From: an uncultured Thermococci archaeon | GTDB taxonomy: Archaea > Methanobacteriota_B > Thermococci > Methanofastidiosales > Methanofastidiosaceae | Assembly: GCA_964621955.1 (NCBI GenBank) | Contig: CAZUMN010000002.1 | Coordinates: 4,530 to 68,529, forward strand | Direction of reading: 5' to 3' | Length of the DNA stretch: 64,000 nucleotides | Shown: positions 55,293-64,000 of the stretch, piece after piece | Layout of the letters: the number at the start of each line of letters is the position of its first letter | How positions within the stretch are numbered: the stretch's first letter is position 1 | Made by a program: the position numbers and the translations under genes | The notes under the pieces: model-generated | The model's database searches: none | The model's input: only the letters and a program-made list of their open reading frames with translations | Told to the model about the DNA's origin: nothing

Positions 55293-55304
55293 TCTTTATT
55301 ATAT

Positions 55305-55703
55305 TTATTTATTAGTCATTTCTTTTATGTAAGTGACAATTTTCTCAGTACTCGTTCCAGGCCCAAATATTTTCTTAACCCCAATATCTGTAAGGTAAGT
55401 CATGTCGTCCTCAGGGATAATGCCTCCGCCAAAAATAGGAATATCTTCTGCACCCTCTTTCTTTAGAAGGTCTATTACTTTTTTAAACAGGTGGTTATGC
55501 GCCCCCGATAAAATACTGAGTCCTATGGCATCCACATCCTCTTGTAAAGCTGTTTCCACTATGCTTTCAGGAGTCTGCCTGAGTCCAGTATAGATTACTT
55601 CCATTCCTGCATCTCTCAAAGCCCTAGCAACTACCTTCGCCCCTCTATCATGGCCGTCAAGTCCTGGCTTTGCTATCAATATCCTTAACTTTTTTTCTGG
55701 CAA
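55305..55703 (-). CDS. Methylmalonyl-CoA mutase, small B12-binding subunit
   Basis: [35 protein letters not shown] contains the DxHxxG B12 motif. TTG start after GGGGGG. Confidence 0.88.
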   Translation of the reverse strand: MPEKKLRILIAKPGLDGHDRGAKVVARALRDAGMEVIYTGLRQTPESIVETALQEDVDAIGLSILSGAHNHLFKKVIDLLKKEGAEDIPIFGGGIIPEDDMTYLTDIGVKKIFGPGTSTEKIVTYIKEMTNK

Positions 55704-56113
55704 TAAAAGCCCCCCATTTTCCTATAAATATAATCTTAAAATAGTTTTCGGTTAGCATCCTTCTATTATAGGATCATTATATTATATGGGTTTAAATTTA
55801 ATTATATCAAAAAAGATTAATTAATATATTTACTCTTCATCGTAGTCTTCTTCAGGAATGAAGAGAGGCTGCTCATCGTCTCTGTCCTCAACGGGAAAGT
55901 TAATCTGTGGTTCAATTATGTGTATTCCTCCATTTAATTTAAAACAACTGGCCGTATCTTTTACTCGTCCAGAAAAATAGTATTATCAGGGATATATAAG
56001 ACTTATCTATAATATTTTAATAGTATTACCTGTTCTAATTTCTACTTTAAAGGTATTATTGCCAAATATTTGATTCTCATAAGACTTATAAGTGCTAAAA
56101 AAAATTTGTTCTT

Positions 56114-56578
56114 ATGAAAACACTTGTTGTTTACTATTCTAGGTCAGGGAGTACTAAGAAAATCGCAGAAGAGATTTCTAGTAAGATGAATTGTGACATC
56201 GAGGAAATAATAGATAATAAAAACAGGAAAGGAATAATAGGATGGCTAAAGTCGGGGAGAGATGCTCGTTCTAAAAACTTAACTACTATCCGAGAAATGC
56301 AAAAAGATCTGGAAAAATATGATCTTATTGCTATTGGAACTCCAATCTGGGCTGCATTCATGGTCCCTGCAGTTAGAACCTTTATTAATGAAAACAAGGG
56401 TAAGTTCAAGAATGTGGCATTCTTTTGCACTTGCGGTAGTTCTGGCGATGCCAAGGCATTTGGGGATATGGAGGATTATATTGGGATTACCCCCTTGGCG
56501 AAATTAACTATTACAAGGAAAGAACTAATAGGTGACCATGAAGACAAATTAAAAGTGTTTATCAAAGGGATAAAATAA
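56114..56578 (+). CDS. Flavodoxin-family protein
   Basis: MKTLVVYYSRSGSTKKIAEEI...IGTPIWA. Confidence 0.75.
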   Translation: MKTLVVYYSRSGSTKKIAEEISSKMNCDIEEIIDNKNRKGIIGWLKSGRDARSKNLTTIREMQKDLEKYDLIAIGTPIWAAFMVPAVRTFINENKGKFKNVAFFCTCGSSGDAKAFGDMEDYIGITPLAKLTITRKELIGDHEDKLKVFIKGIK

Positions 56579-56583
56579 ATATT

Positions 56584-57582
56584 TTAATTTTTTAATATTA
56601 AATAGTTGATGGTAAGCTCTGAAATGTCCCCGGAGTATTCACCTGTTCTCCTAATACTTTCAACGATATATACTACTGGAATAGCTTCAATTCCCAGATT
56701 TAAAACCTTGTTATTTATCTCTTCGCATTTTTCCAGTAATTTATCCACTGCATCAATATTATCATTAGCCTTTTTGATATTCTTTTTGAAATGGGATTCA
56801 AAACTCTTTGAGAAGATATCTAAGGCTAGAGTGCTTGCTGATTCTATATCTTGAATTATATCTGGATTGAGTTTGTCTATTACTTTTAGAACATTCTCGC
56901 CAAGGATAGATGCATGGTCCCCAATTCTTTCTAGGATCCTGCTTATCAAAAAGAAATAACTTGCTTCCTCCTGGCTCAAGCCCATTTTTTTTGAGAGCAG
57001 TACGTCAGTGAGGATTACATTATATTGGTGGGTGGCAAGCCAGTAGAGTCTATCAACTTCAAAATCCCTTGAAACAACGTTTTGGGCTAATTCTTTGTTG
57101 TTAGTTTTTAGTGATTTAATCGCATCCTTGTGCATGCTTTCAACAAGGGAATACATCCTCTTAACAGTCTTTTCAAAAGGCATTTCCATCGGGCTTAATA
57201 GATCTTTCACAACGAAAAGATTTGGCTCTTCATCAACAATCTCAGGGCCTATCGCAATTTGTGTAAACATTCGAATTGCTTCTCTAATCTGGGGGGGCAT
57301 TGTCTCATTGGACCTTATAGCAATATCAGAGTAACCCATAACATAAGCACCAACTAGAAGTCTGAATAGAAAGGTTTTATCAGTATCAGAATCAACAATA
57401 AATTCCTTTTCCTTTCTTTTTTTCTCAATTACTTTGTCCGGTGTTACAAGCAGAGTTCCATCCTTTTGGACTATTAGGCCAAGTGAATCATTCTTCTTTA
57501 TGTTTAATGATTTAATCCACTCTTTAGGTAATGTAATAACAAAAGAAGAGCCACCTGTAATCTGAACCTTTCTTATTTCCAT
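56584..57582 (-). CDS. AbrB/SpoVT-domain + tandem PhoU-domain regulator (archaeal phosphate-uptake regulator type)
   Basis: The N-terminal segment is RKVQITGGSSFVITLPKEWIKSLNIKKNDSLGLIV. Two PhoU-like helical repeats follow, with ISRILERIGDHASILGE. Confidence 0.75.
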   Translation of the reverse strand: MEIRKVQITGGSSFVITLPKEWIKSLNIKKNDSLGLIVQKDGTLLVTPDKVIEKKRKEKEFIVDSDTDKTFLFRLLVGAYVMGYSDIAIRSNETMPPQIREAIRMFTQIAIGPEIVDEEPNLFVVKDLLSPMEMPFEKTVKRMYSLVESMHKDAIKSLKTNNKELAQNVVSRDFEVDRLYWLATHQYNVILTDVLLSKKMGLSQEEASYFFLISRILERIGDHASILGENVLKVIDKLNPDIIQDIESASTLALDIFSKSFESHFKKNIKKANDNIDAVDKLLEKCEEINNKVLNLGIEAIPVVYIVESIRRTGEYSGDISELTINYLILKN

Positions 57583-57635
57583 TTAATCGATTTATAGATT
57601 TCTAGTTATTATATAAATATTTCTGTATAATTAAT

Positions 57636-57691
57636 ATAGTATATATAGAGGTATTGAGATAATATTTTGATATGTATCCTTATATACTATA
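57636..57691. promoter_or_regulatory. 11-bp perfect inverted repeat (TATAGTATATA ... TATATACTATA, 34-bp spacer) in the divergent phoU-like/pstS intergenic region
   Basis: The arms lie at 57636-57646 and 57681-57691, and the right arm is about 50 bp upstream of the pstS ATG. The region is AT-rich, so a chance match is possible. Confidence 0.3.
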
Positions 57692-57742
57692 AGTCGAGAA
57701 GTATTATAAGAGATCTAAAGTTAATTAATTCGGTGATATACC

Positions 57743-58768
57743 ATGGATGGAAAAAGAATGGGAATATTTGGATTAGTGATGGCCGTTATTGTTTTCGGTA
57801 TGGTCTTTTCCGGCTGTACTCAAAACACATCAACGCAATCAAATGTTAAACTCAGCCAGACAGGTTCGAGCACAGTTCTACCTTTAGCAATCGCTTGGGC
57901 AGAACAATTTGAAGGTGCACAGATATCTGTTTCTGGTGGGGGATCAAGCCACGGATTGAACTCCTTACTTAAAGGAGAGGCAGATTTAGGCGATGCAAGC
58001 AGGCTAATGAAAAGTTCAGACTACAAGAGCGTAGGCTGTGATGAAACATTAGTCAACCCAGATGGTACTGCAACAGCAGCTTGTAGTGGTGTTCTTCCAA
58101 CAAAATGGATTGTAGCATACGATGTATTGGCAGTAGTAGTTAACAACGAGAATACATGGGCAACTGAACTTACATACGACCAGCTTTACAAGATTTTCAC
58201 AAACGATAGTCCTGCAGTATACTGGGATGAAGTTCCTGGATTAAAAGAGAAAGGTGCTCCACACGCAAAGATAACAATTTATGCACCTGACGAAGCAAGT
58301 GGAACATACGACTACTTCTTTGAAAGCATCATTAAAGATTGGGGAAAAGCAACTCAAGTTGCAAAGACAAGACTCGAGTTGGGCGATGGAGTATACAACC
58401 CAAGCGCAGACGATAACGTTATCCTCGATGCAATAAAATCAAACAAATATGCAATAGGTTACTTTGGATACGCATACATAATTGAAAATCCTGGTCAATT
58501 AAAAATTGTAAAGATTGCTAAGAAATCTGGAGATGAATTTGTAGAAGCATCAATTGAAAATGTAGCAAAATATCCAATGGCAAGACCCTTGCACATATAC
58601 ACAAACGGTGTACCAAACAATTCAACAGATAAGGGAAAAGCTATAAATGCTTACCTCAAGTACATTCTAAGTGAAGAAGGACAAACTGTCGTACCCCAAG
58701 TTGGATACGTCAAGGTATCCTTAGTTGATCCAAAAATAATACCAGCACAACTTGCAAAACTAAGCTAA
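57743..58768 (+). CDS. pstS: Phosphate ABC transporter substrate-binding protein PstS
   Basis: GGTGAT + 5 nt + ATG. TGSSTVLPLAIAWAEQF...VSGGGSSHGLNSLLKGEADLGDASR. An N-terminal anchor and Cys (FSGC) are present. Confidence 0.9.
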   Translation: MDGKRMGIFGLVMAVIVFGMVFSGCTQNTSTQSNVKLSQTGSSTVLPLAIAWAEQFEGAQISVSGGGSSHGLNSLLKGEADLGDASRLMKSSDYKSVGCDETLVNPDGTATAACSGVLPTKWIVAYDVLAVVVNNENTWATELTYDQLYKIFTNDSPAVYWDEVPGLKEKGAPHAKITIYAPDEASGTYDYFFESIIKDWGKATQVAKTRLELGDGVYNPSADDNVILDAIKSNKYAIGYFGYAYIIENPGQLKIVKIAKKSGDEFVEASIENVAKYPMARPLHIYTNGVPNNSTDKGKAINAYLKYILSEEGQTVVPQVGYVKVSLVDPKIIPAQLAKLS

Positions 58769-58780
58769 GAGTGGCCCCGT

Positions 58781-60679
58781 ATGTTAGGTAAATCCAATAG
58801 AGCATACTTCAATGGAAATAATCCATTTCACAAAAAGGTGGATTTAAGAGAAACATTGATAGTAAAACTGATATTTATTGCGGCAAGCCTTGCAATAGTT
58901 GTCAGCCTAGCTATATTATACACATTGGTTAATGGCTCTATTGACTTTTTTTTAAGTCCCAAAGTGAGCATTCTTCAGTTTTTCACAGGTACAAAATGGA
59001 CGCCTAATGGAACAGATCCAAGTTTTGGTATACTTCCTTTACTCTCAGGCACAATTCTAGTTGCTGGAGGGTCTATTTTAATTGCAACTCCGCTTGGCGT
59101 TGGGGCTGCAGTATATCTTACCCAATTTGCAAATAAAAAAATTAGTTCTATAGCTAAACCAATTATCGAACTATTGGCTGGCATACCCTCAATAGTATAC
59201 GGATTCTTTGCCCTTATAGTAATTAGTCCAATTTTAAGAGAGTATTTCGGGGCCAGTTATTTTAACGCTGCTAGTGCAATTATTGTAATGTCAGTAATGA
59301 TCCTTCCAATAATTGTTAGTGTTTCAGATGACTCTATGAGGGCCGTCCCTAGGGAATTGAAAGAAGGAAGTCTTGCAATAGGGGCAACAAAATGGGAAAC
59401 AGCAATAAAAGTTGTAATGCCAGCTGCTTCAAGTGGTATAATTGCTTCAATACTACTTGGTTTAGCAAGAGCTTTGGGGGAGACAATGGTTGTGGCATTG
59501 GCTGCTGGAAATGTAGCAAGGCTCACTCTAAATCCCTTAAGCCAAGTTCAAACTATGACTGCTTATATAGCGCAAGTAGCAACTGGGGATATACCTCCTG
59601 GATTAGCTGTTAGTGCAGCATTTGCAATCGGTCTTGTATTATTTGCAATTACATATATTATCAATTATATTGCAGGACTTGTCGTTTTAAGAATTCAAAA
59701 TGCAGGTGGAACAGCTTCAAAGAACAAGAAAAAAATAAATATAATAAATATTCAGAAAAGAAAATCAAATATAAAATTAATTTCTTCTCAAAATAATAAT
59801 CTGGAAATCAAAAAAATTGAATCAGAAAATACCTTAGGATTTAGGCATAAAATCGGTAAACTAGGCATAGCTTCAGTTGGGCTTTGTCTAGTATTTGCAG
59901 TAGTCTTCTTAGGTTTTTTAATGTTCTCTATCCTAGAGCAAGGATTATCTGGAATTAATCTTAATTTCTTAACATCATACCCAAGTTCTATTCCTGCCAT
60001 AGCAGGAATATATCCTGTTATTCTTGGATCAATTTATCTTGTTGGATTATCCATGATTTTCTCTTTACCTGTAAGTGTTGGAGCTGCGGTATACTTAACT
60101 GAATTTGCAAAAGACAACGCCTACACAAGGATTTTAAGAAGACTAATACAAAACTTGGCTGGAGTCCCATCAATAGTATTTGGTTTAGTTGGATTGACTG
60201 TATTTGTCCGTATCTTTGGATTTGGAACTAGTGTTTTGTCCGGTAGTTTGACTTTATCATTGATGATTATGCCAATTATAATAGTTACTACAGAAGAAGC
60301 TCTAAAGGGTATACCAAAATCATTTAGGGAGGCAGCAAGAGGGCTTGGGGCTACAAAATGGCAGACAGTTAGACATCATGTAATACCCTACGCATTACCA
60401 GGAACACTAACAGGTTCAATACTAGCGCTCTCTAGGGCAATAGGTGAAACTGCCCCTATTTTGTTCATAGCATCAGTGTTTGCTAAAACTGCTCCAGATA
60501 GTATCTTTGATGGATTCTTGGCTTTGCCAGTTACAATATTTTTCTGGACAAGGCACCCTAAAGTACAGTTCCAAAATCTTGCTGCAAGTACTATAATAAT
60601 ATTATTGATAATTTTATTCACAATGAATCTCTTGGCTATAATTATACGTCAGCGTTCACAAGCCAATAGAGATTGGTAG
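58781..60679 (+). CDS. pstCA: Fused phosphate ABC transporter permease PstC-PstA (single 632-aa ORF)
   Basis: Two MetI-type permease modules are present, each with its own EAA loop: EGSLAIGATKWETAIKVVMP and EAARGLGATKWQTVRHHVIP. They are joined by a Lys/Asn-rich, very AT-rich linker (about nt 59700-59830). Confidence 0.85.
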   Translation: MLGKSNRAYFNGNNPFHKKVDLRETLIVKLIFIAASLAIVVSLAILYTLVNGSIDFFLSPKVSILQFFTGTKWTPNGTDPSFGILPLLSGTILVAGGSILIATPLGVGAAVYLTQFANKKISSIAKPIIELLAGIPSIVYGFFALIVISPILREYFGASYFNAASAIIVMSVMILPIIVSVSDDSMRAVPRELKEGSLAIGATKWETAIKVVMPAASSGIIASILLGLARALGETMVVALAAGNVARLTLNPLSQVQTMTAYIAQVATGDIPPGLAVSAAFAIGLVLFAITYIINYIAGLVVLRIQNAGGTASKNKKKINIINIQKRKSNIKLISSQNNNLEIKKIESENTLGFRHKIGKLGIASVGLCLVFAVVFLGFLMFSILEQGLSGINLNFLTSYPSSIPAIAGIYPVILGSIYLVGLSMIFSLPVSVGAAVYLTEFAKDNAYTRILRRLIQNLAGVPSIVFGLVGLTVFVRIFGFGTSVLSGSLTLSLMIMPIIIVTTEEALKGIPKSFREAARGLGATKWQTVRHHVIPYALPGTLTGSILALSRAIGETAPILFIASVFAKTAPDSIFDGFLALPVTIFFWTRHPKVQFQNLAASTIIILLIILFTMNLLAIIIRQRSQANRDW

Positions 60680-60709
60680 AAATGATATTAAATTGTTTGG
60701 TGATAATGG

Positions 60710-61486
60710 ATGGAATCAAAAGAAAAAAATGATAATGGAGCATTGGTAATATCAAATTTGAATGTTTATTATTCTGATATGCTTGCAGTCAATAAAGTTT
60801 CATTGGACATACCGAAAAACAAGGTAACAGCTTTCATTGGGCCTAGTGGCTGTGGGAAAAGCACGTTGCTTAGAGCACTTAATCGTATGAATGAGGAAAT
60901 CGATGGCTGTAGAATGGAAGGTGAAGTAATTTGGAAAGGAATGAATATACTTGACCCAAAAGTTGACCCTGTGGCCTTAAGAAGTAAAATTGGCATGGTC
61001 TTCCAGAAACCAAATCCATTTCCCCGATCTATATATGATAATATCGCATACGGTCCAAAAATTCACGGTATTAAAAATAAAAAAGACCTTGACAATATCG
61101 TTGAAAAAAGTCTAAAAGATGCAGCGCTGTGGGACGAAGTTTGTGAAAGATTAACTGAATCGGCAATGGGATTATCCGGAGGGCAACAACAGAGGCTTTG
61201 TATTGCAAGAGCTCTAGCTATTCAGCCAGACATAATTTTAATGGACGAGCCATGTTCTGCATTAGATCCTATAGCAACAACAAAAATAGAAGATTTAATT
61301 GACGAATTAAAGAAAAAATATACTGTCGTGATTGTTACACACAATATGCAACAGGCAGCCAGAATAAGTGATTATACGGGTTTAATGTATTTGGGAAAAC
61401 TCATAGAATTTGGGAAAACTCAAGAGATATTTGAAAATCCTAAAGAGGAATTAACTGAAAAATATATAATGGGAAGATTTGGATAG
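60710..61486 (+). CDS. pstB: Phosphate ABC transporter ATP-binding protein PstB
   Basis: Walker [10 protein letters not shown]. Signature [14 protein letters not shown]. Walker B ILMDEP. Confidence 0.93.
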   Translation: MESKEKNDNGALVISNLNVYYSDMLAVNKVSLDIPKNKVTAFIGPSGCGKSTLLRALNRMNEEIDGCRMEGEVIWKGMNILDPKVDPVALRSKIGMVFQKPNPFPRSIYDNIAYGPKIHGIKNKKDLDNIVEKSLKDAALWDEVCERLTESAMGLSGGQQQRLCIARALAIQPDIILMDEPCSALDPIATTKIEDLIDELKKKYTVVIVTHNMQQAARISDYTGLMYLGKLIEFGKTQEIFENPKEELTEKYIMGRFG

Positions 61487-62147
61487 GTTGAGAAAAATGA
61501 GAGAAAAATTTGTTGAAGAATTAAATCAGCTTAAATCTGATGTAGTTGAAATGTCAAATCTCTCCAAAGAAATGTTAAAAGAGTCACTTGATGCCCTTAA
61601 AACTTCAGATATTACTATTGCAGAAAAAGTAATCAGTCAAAGGAGAGATATTAGAGAATTTGATTACAAAATTGAAGACGATGCACAAAGGTTAATAGTT
61701 TTGTATCAACCAGTTGCCAGAGATTTAAGAGCCATAATATCTACCTTGAAGATGAATACATATCTTACAAGGATTGGTATATACTCTAAGGATATATCAA
61801 AGGATATAAGGGAGATATCATTTAATAAAGAATTTCCTAGATTAAAAACTGTGTGTGTCATGGGCGATATAGTTTTAGGCATGTTAGAGGATGTAATCAA
61901 GGCGTATGAAACTGAGGATTTGACTATAATTGACGATATGTGGAAAAGAGATGACACAGTAGACGATCTTTTTCATACAATATTGCGTGAATGCATATCT
62001 TACATGATTGAGAATCCTAAAAGTATAAGTTACTATACCCATTACATGCTAATTGGGAGATACCTCGAAAGATGCGGGGATCATGTCTGTAAGATTTCAG
62101 AAAAAATACATTATATGGTCACAGGAGAAAGAATCATAATCAAATAA
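61479..62147 (+). CDS. phoU: Phosphate signalling/uptake regulator PhoU
   Basis: Tandem PhoU repeats are present, ending in [19 protein letters not shown]. The start is either TTG at 61479 or ATG at 61497. Confidence 0.85.
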   Translation: MDRLRKMREKFVEELNQLKSDVVEMSNLSKEMLKESLDALKTSDITIAEKVISQRRDIREFDYKIEDDAQRLIVLYQPVARDLRAIISTLKMNTYLTRIGIYSKDISKDIREISFNKEFPRLKTVCVMGDIVLGMLEDVIKAYETEDLTIIDDMWKRDDTVDDLFHTILRECISYMIENPKSISYYTHYMLIGRYLERCGDHVCKISEKIHYMVTGERIIIK

Positions 62148-62196
62148 TTAGTTAAACGAAAATCTTATAAGCGATGTATTTAAAGATGGACTTATT

Positions 62197-62274
62197 GGGG
62201 TCGTGGGGTAGCTTGGCCTATCCTTCGAGCTTTGGGAGCTTGGGACCTGAGTTCAAATCTCAGCGACCCCACCA
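62197..62274 (+). tRNA. tRNA-Pro: tRNA-Pro (anticodon UGG), with genomically encoded 3' CCA
   Basis: Hand-folded. Acceptor stem GGGGTCG/CGACCCC. D arm GGGT...TCCT, with a 13:22 mismatch. Anticodon stem CGAGC/GCTTG, with loop TT-TGG-GA (anticodon at 62233-62235). T arm CTGAG-TTCAAAT-CTCAG. Discriminator A, then CCA. Confidence 0.9.
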
Positions 62275-62424
62275 TTTACTTCTTTTATTTCTATTTTGGC
62301 ATAATTAACACTTTGATTTATTTTTAATTATTGCTCCACCGAAAATCTTAAATATCAAACATTAGAAGAAAAAAATAAATTATTACAAGACATATGTCAA
62401 GATTTTTATTAAAAAGGTGTTTAA

Positions 62425-63759
62425 ATGTTTGAGAAACTGGTAGACTATGCCAAGGTAAATAACCAAATTACTCCTGAACTTTATCCTAAATTTGATGTCA
62501 AAAGAGGATTGAGGAATGAAGACGGGAGCGGGGTATTAGTTGGACTTACTAAAATATCCGATGTAACAGGTTATGAAAAAAAAGATGGAGTTTTTACACC
62601 ATTAGAAGGTAGACTTGCATATAGGGGCATAAAAATTGAGGACATAGTAGATGCCATATCCAAAGAAAATAGACATGGATTTGAAGAAATCATTTTCCTT
62701 CTTCTCTTTGGAAAATTGCCTACATGGGAAGAGCTAGAGTACTTCAATGAATTAATGGTCAGTAACAGAGATCTAGCTGTCAATTTCACTAACGATGTAA
62801 TACTTCACTTCCCAAGTAACGATATAATGAACAAACTTGCAAGGAGCGTCTTAGTTCTTTATGCTCTGGATAAAAAAGCAGACGATATAAGTATAGACAA
62901 TGTTTTGAGGCAAAGCGTTGGGTTAATAGCTAAATTCCCATCAATTGTTGCATACGCTTACCATGCCAGAAGACATTATTTCAAAGGTAAGGACCTAATA
63001 CTCAGAAATCATAATCCAGATTATTCAACAGCAGAAAATTTTCTTTACATGCTGAGAGAAGATGGGAATTTTACTAAGCTCGAAGCTGATACACTTGACA
63101 TTCTTTTAATTCTTCACGCTGAGCACGGAGGAGGTAATAACTCGTCATTCACAGTTCATGTAGTTACTTCGTCCGGAACTGACACCTATTCTGCTATATC
63201 TGCGGGGATTGGATCTCTAAAAGGCCCACTACACGGCGGTGCAAATAAAAGCGTCATGGCAATGATGAAGGATATCAAAGATAACGTCAGAGAGTGGGAA
63301 GATGAAGAAGAGGTAAAAGATTACCTAAAAAAAATCCTTGAAAGAAAGGCTTTCGATGGGATGGGTGTACTTTATGGGCTCGGGCATGCAATTTACACTA
63401 AGTCAGATCCAAGAACAGTTATTCTAAAGACAAAAGCAAGGGAGCTTGCAAAGGATAAGAAGAGAATGGACGAATTTAAGTTGTATGAGCTTATAGAACA
63501 TGTGGGGCCTGAGGTATTTTATGAAGTAAAGAAATCTAACAAAGTAATAACTGCAAACGTTGATTTCTATTCCGGATTTGTGTACCACTGCCTTGACATA
63601 CCTAAAGAGATGTATACACCTTTATTTGCAATGGGAAGAATTCCTGGGTGGTGTGCCCACAGAATTGAAGAACTTATATCGGGCAAGAAGATAATTAGGC
63701 CAGCATACGCACACGTCGGTGAATTTATTCCATACACTGAAATAGACAAGAGGATTTAA
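62425..63759 (+). CDS. Citrate synthase
   Basis: LLILHAEHGGGNNSSFT...LKGPLHGGAN...VLYGLGHAIYTKSDPR...ANVDFYSG. Confidence 0.88.
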   Translation: MFEKLVDYAKVNNQITPELYPKFDVKRGLRNEDGSGVLVGLTKISDVTGYEKKDGVFTPLEGRLAYRGIKIEDIVDAISKENRHGFEEIIFLLLFGKLPTWEELEYFNELMVSNRDLAVNFTNDVILHFPSNDIMNKLARSVLVLYALDKKADDISIDNVLRQSVGLIAKFPSIVAYAYHARRHYFKGKDLILRNHNPDYSTAENFLYMLREDGNFTKLEADTLDILLILHAEHGGGNNSSFTVHVVTSSGTDTYSAISAGIGSLKGPLHGGANKSVMAMMKDIKDNVREWEDEEEVKDYLKKILERKAFDGMGVLYGLGHAIYTKSDPRTVILKTKARELAKDKKRMDEFKLYELIEHVGPEVFYEVKKSNKVITANVDFYSGFVYHCLDIPKEMYTPLFAMGRIPGWCAHRIEELISGKKIIRPAYAHVGEFIPYTEIDKRI

Positions 63760-63788
63760 AATCCTCATAATTATATTTTTTAAATATT

Positions 63789-64000
63789 CTAAAGGTGGAA
63801 CCTTACACACTTTATTTCTGTCATCTCTTCAACAGCATATTTTGGCCCTTCCCTGCCATATCCAGAGCCCTTTAATCCACCGTAAGGCATTAAATCAATC
63901 CTGAAAGTTGGGACATCATTGATCATGACCCCTCCCACCTCTAGATTGTCAATCGCATAGTATGCATTCCTGAGATTTTCAGTAAAAACACCTGCCTGTA
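63789..64000 (-). CDS. Aldehyde dehydrogenase family protein, C-terminal fragment (5' end beyond the window)
   Basis: My own translation gives ...[69 protein letters not shown]. This carries the ALDH C-terminal PYGG.K.SG.GREG motif. The stop is at 63789-63791. Confidence 0.8.
   Translation of the reverse strand, partial: QAGVFTENLRNAYYAIDNLEVGGVMINDVPTFRIDLMPYGGLKGSGYGREGPKYAVEEMTEIKCVRFHL

Noticed and set aside
62197-62274. tRNA-Pro as the integration site for the island or another element
   Set aside because: It lies about 35 kb from the AT-rich island. It is flanked by phoU and citrate synthase, with no integrase, no partial tRNA duplication and no compositional shift.
1-64000. CRISPR arrays, rRNA genes, IS elements or transposases
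   Set aside because: I scanned the intergenic regions and the ORF track. I found no regularly spaced direct repeats, no rRNA-like GC-rich blocks and no transposase- or integrase-like ORFs. The only structured-RNA-like GC-rich segment is the tRNA.

Overview
This is a dense, low-GC archaeal (euryarchaeal-type) chromosome segment. By spot counts of single 60-nt lines it runs about 35-47% GC in most genes. Most of it is housekeeping sequence. It holds the classic archaeal exosome/proteasome superoperon: Pop5, PsmA, SBDS, Rrp4, Rrp41, Rrp42, L37Ae, RpoP and a Brix protein, followed by Hjc. It also holds a trimeric RPA operon, a METTL5-like methylase/Csl4/RpoL cluster, ArgRS, and a split-transketolase/transaldolase/Rpe pentose-phosphate operon. 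Further genes are ApgM, a geranylgeranyl-reductase-like protein, a methylmalonyl-CoA accessory operon, a pst-phoU phosphate-uptake locus, tRNA-Pro(UGG) and citrate synthase. A five-gene cluster (26.8-30.4 kb) fits the 'methanogenesis marker protein' set Mmp6/5/15/17/7 in size and order. That suggests an MCR-containing methanogen or alkane-oxidiser. The stand-out region is a roughly 5 kb, markedly AT-richer island (about 21.8-26.8 kb; spot counts about 18-28% GC). It carries one tightly overlapping minus-strand operon of four genes: an amino-DNA methyltransferase, a 369-aa orphan protein, an ORC/Cdc6-like AAA+ ATPase and a PIN-domain nuclease with an extra C-terminal domain. I read this as a candidate, apparently undescribed, methylation-linked defence system. 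It has no integrase, transposase, flanking tRNA or flanking repeat. A second recurring observation concerns start codons. Several clearly real genes have conserved N-termini that extend upstream of any ATG/GTG/TTG, and these sit behind good GGTGAT-type Shine-Dalgarno sites followed by ATA/ATT/CTG codons. All family names come from motif recognition by eye, since no searches could be run. Start codons are often ambiguous because the ORF track tends to over-extend to TTG/GTG.
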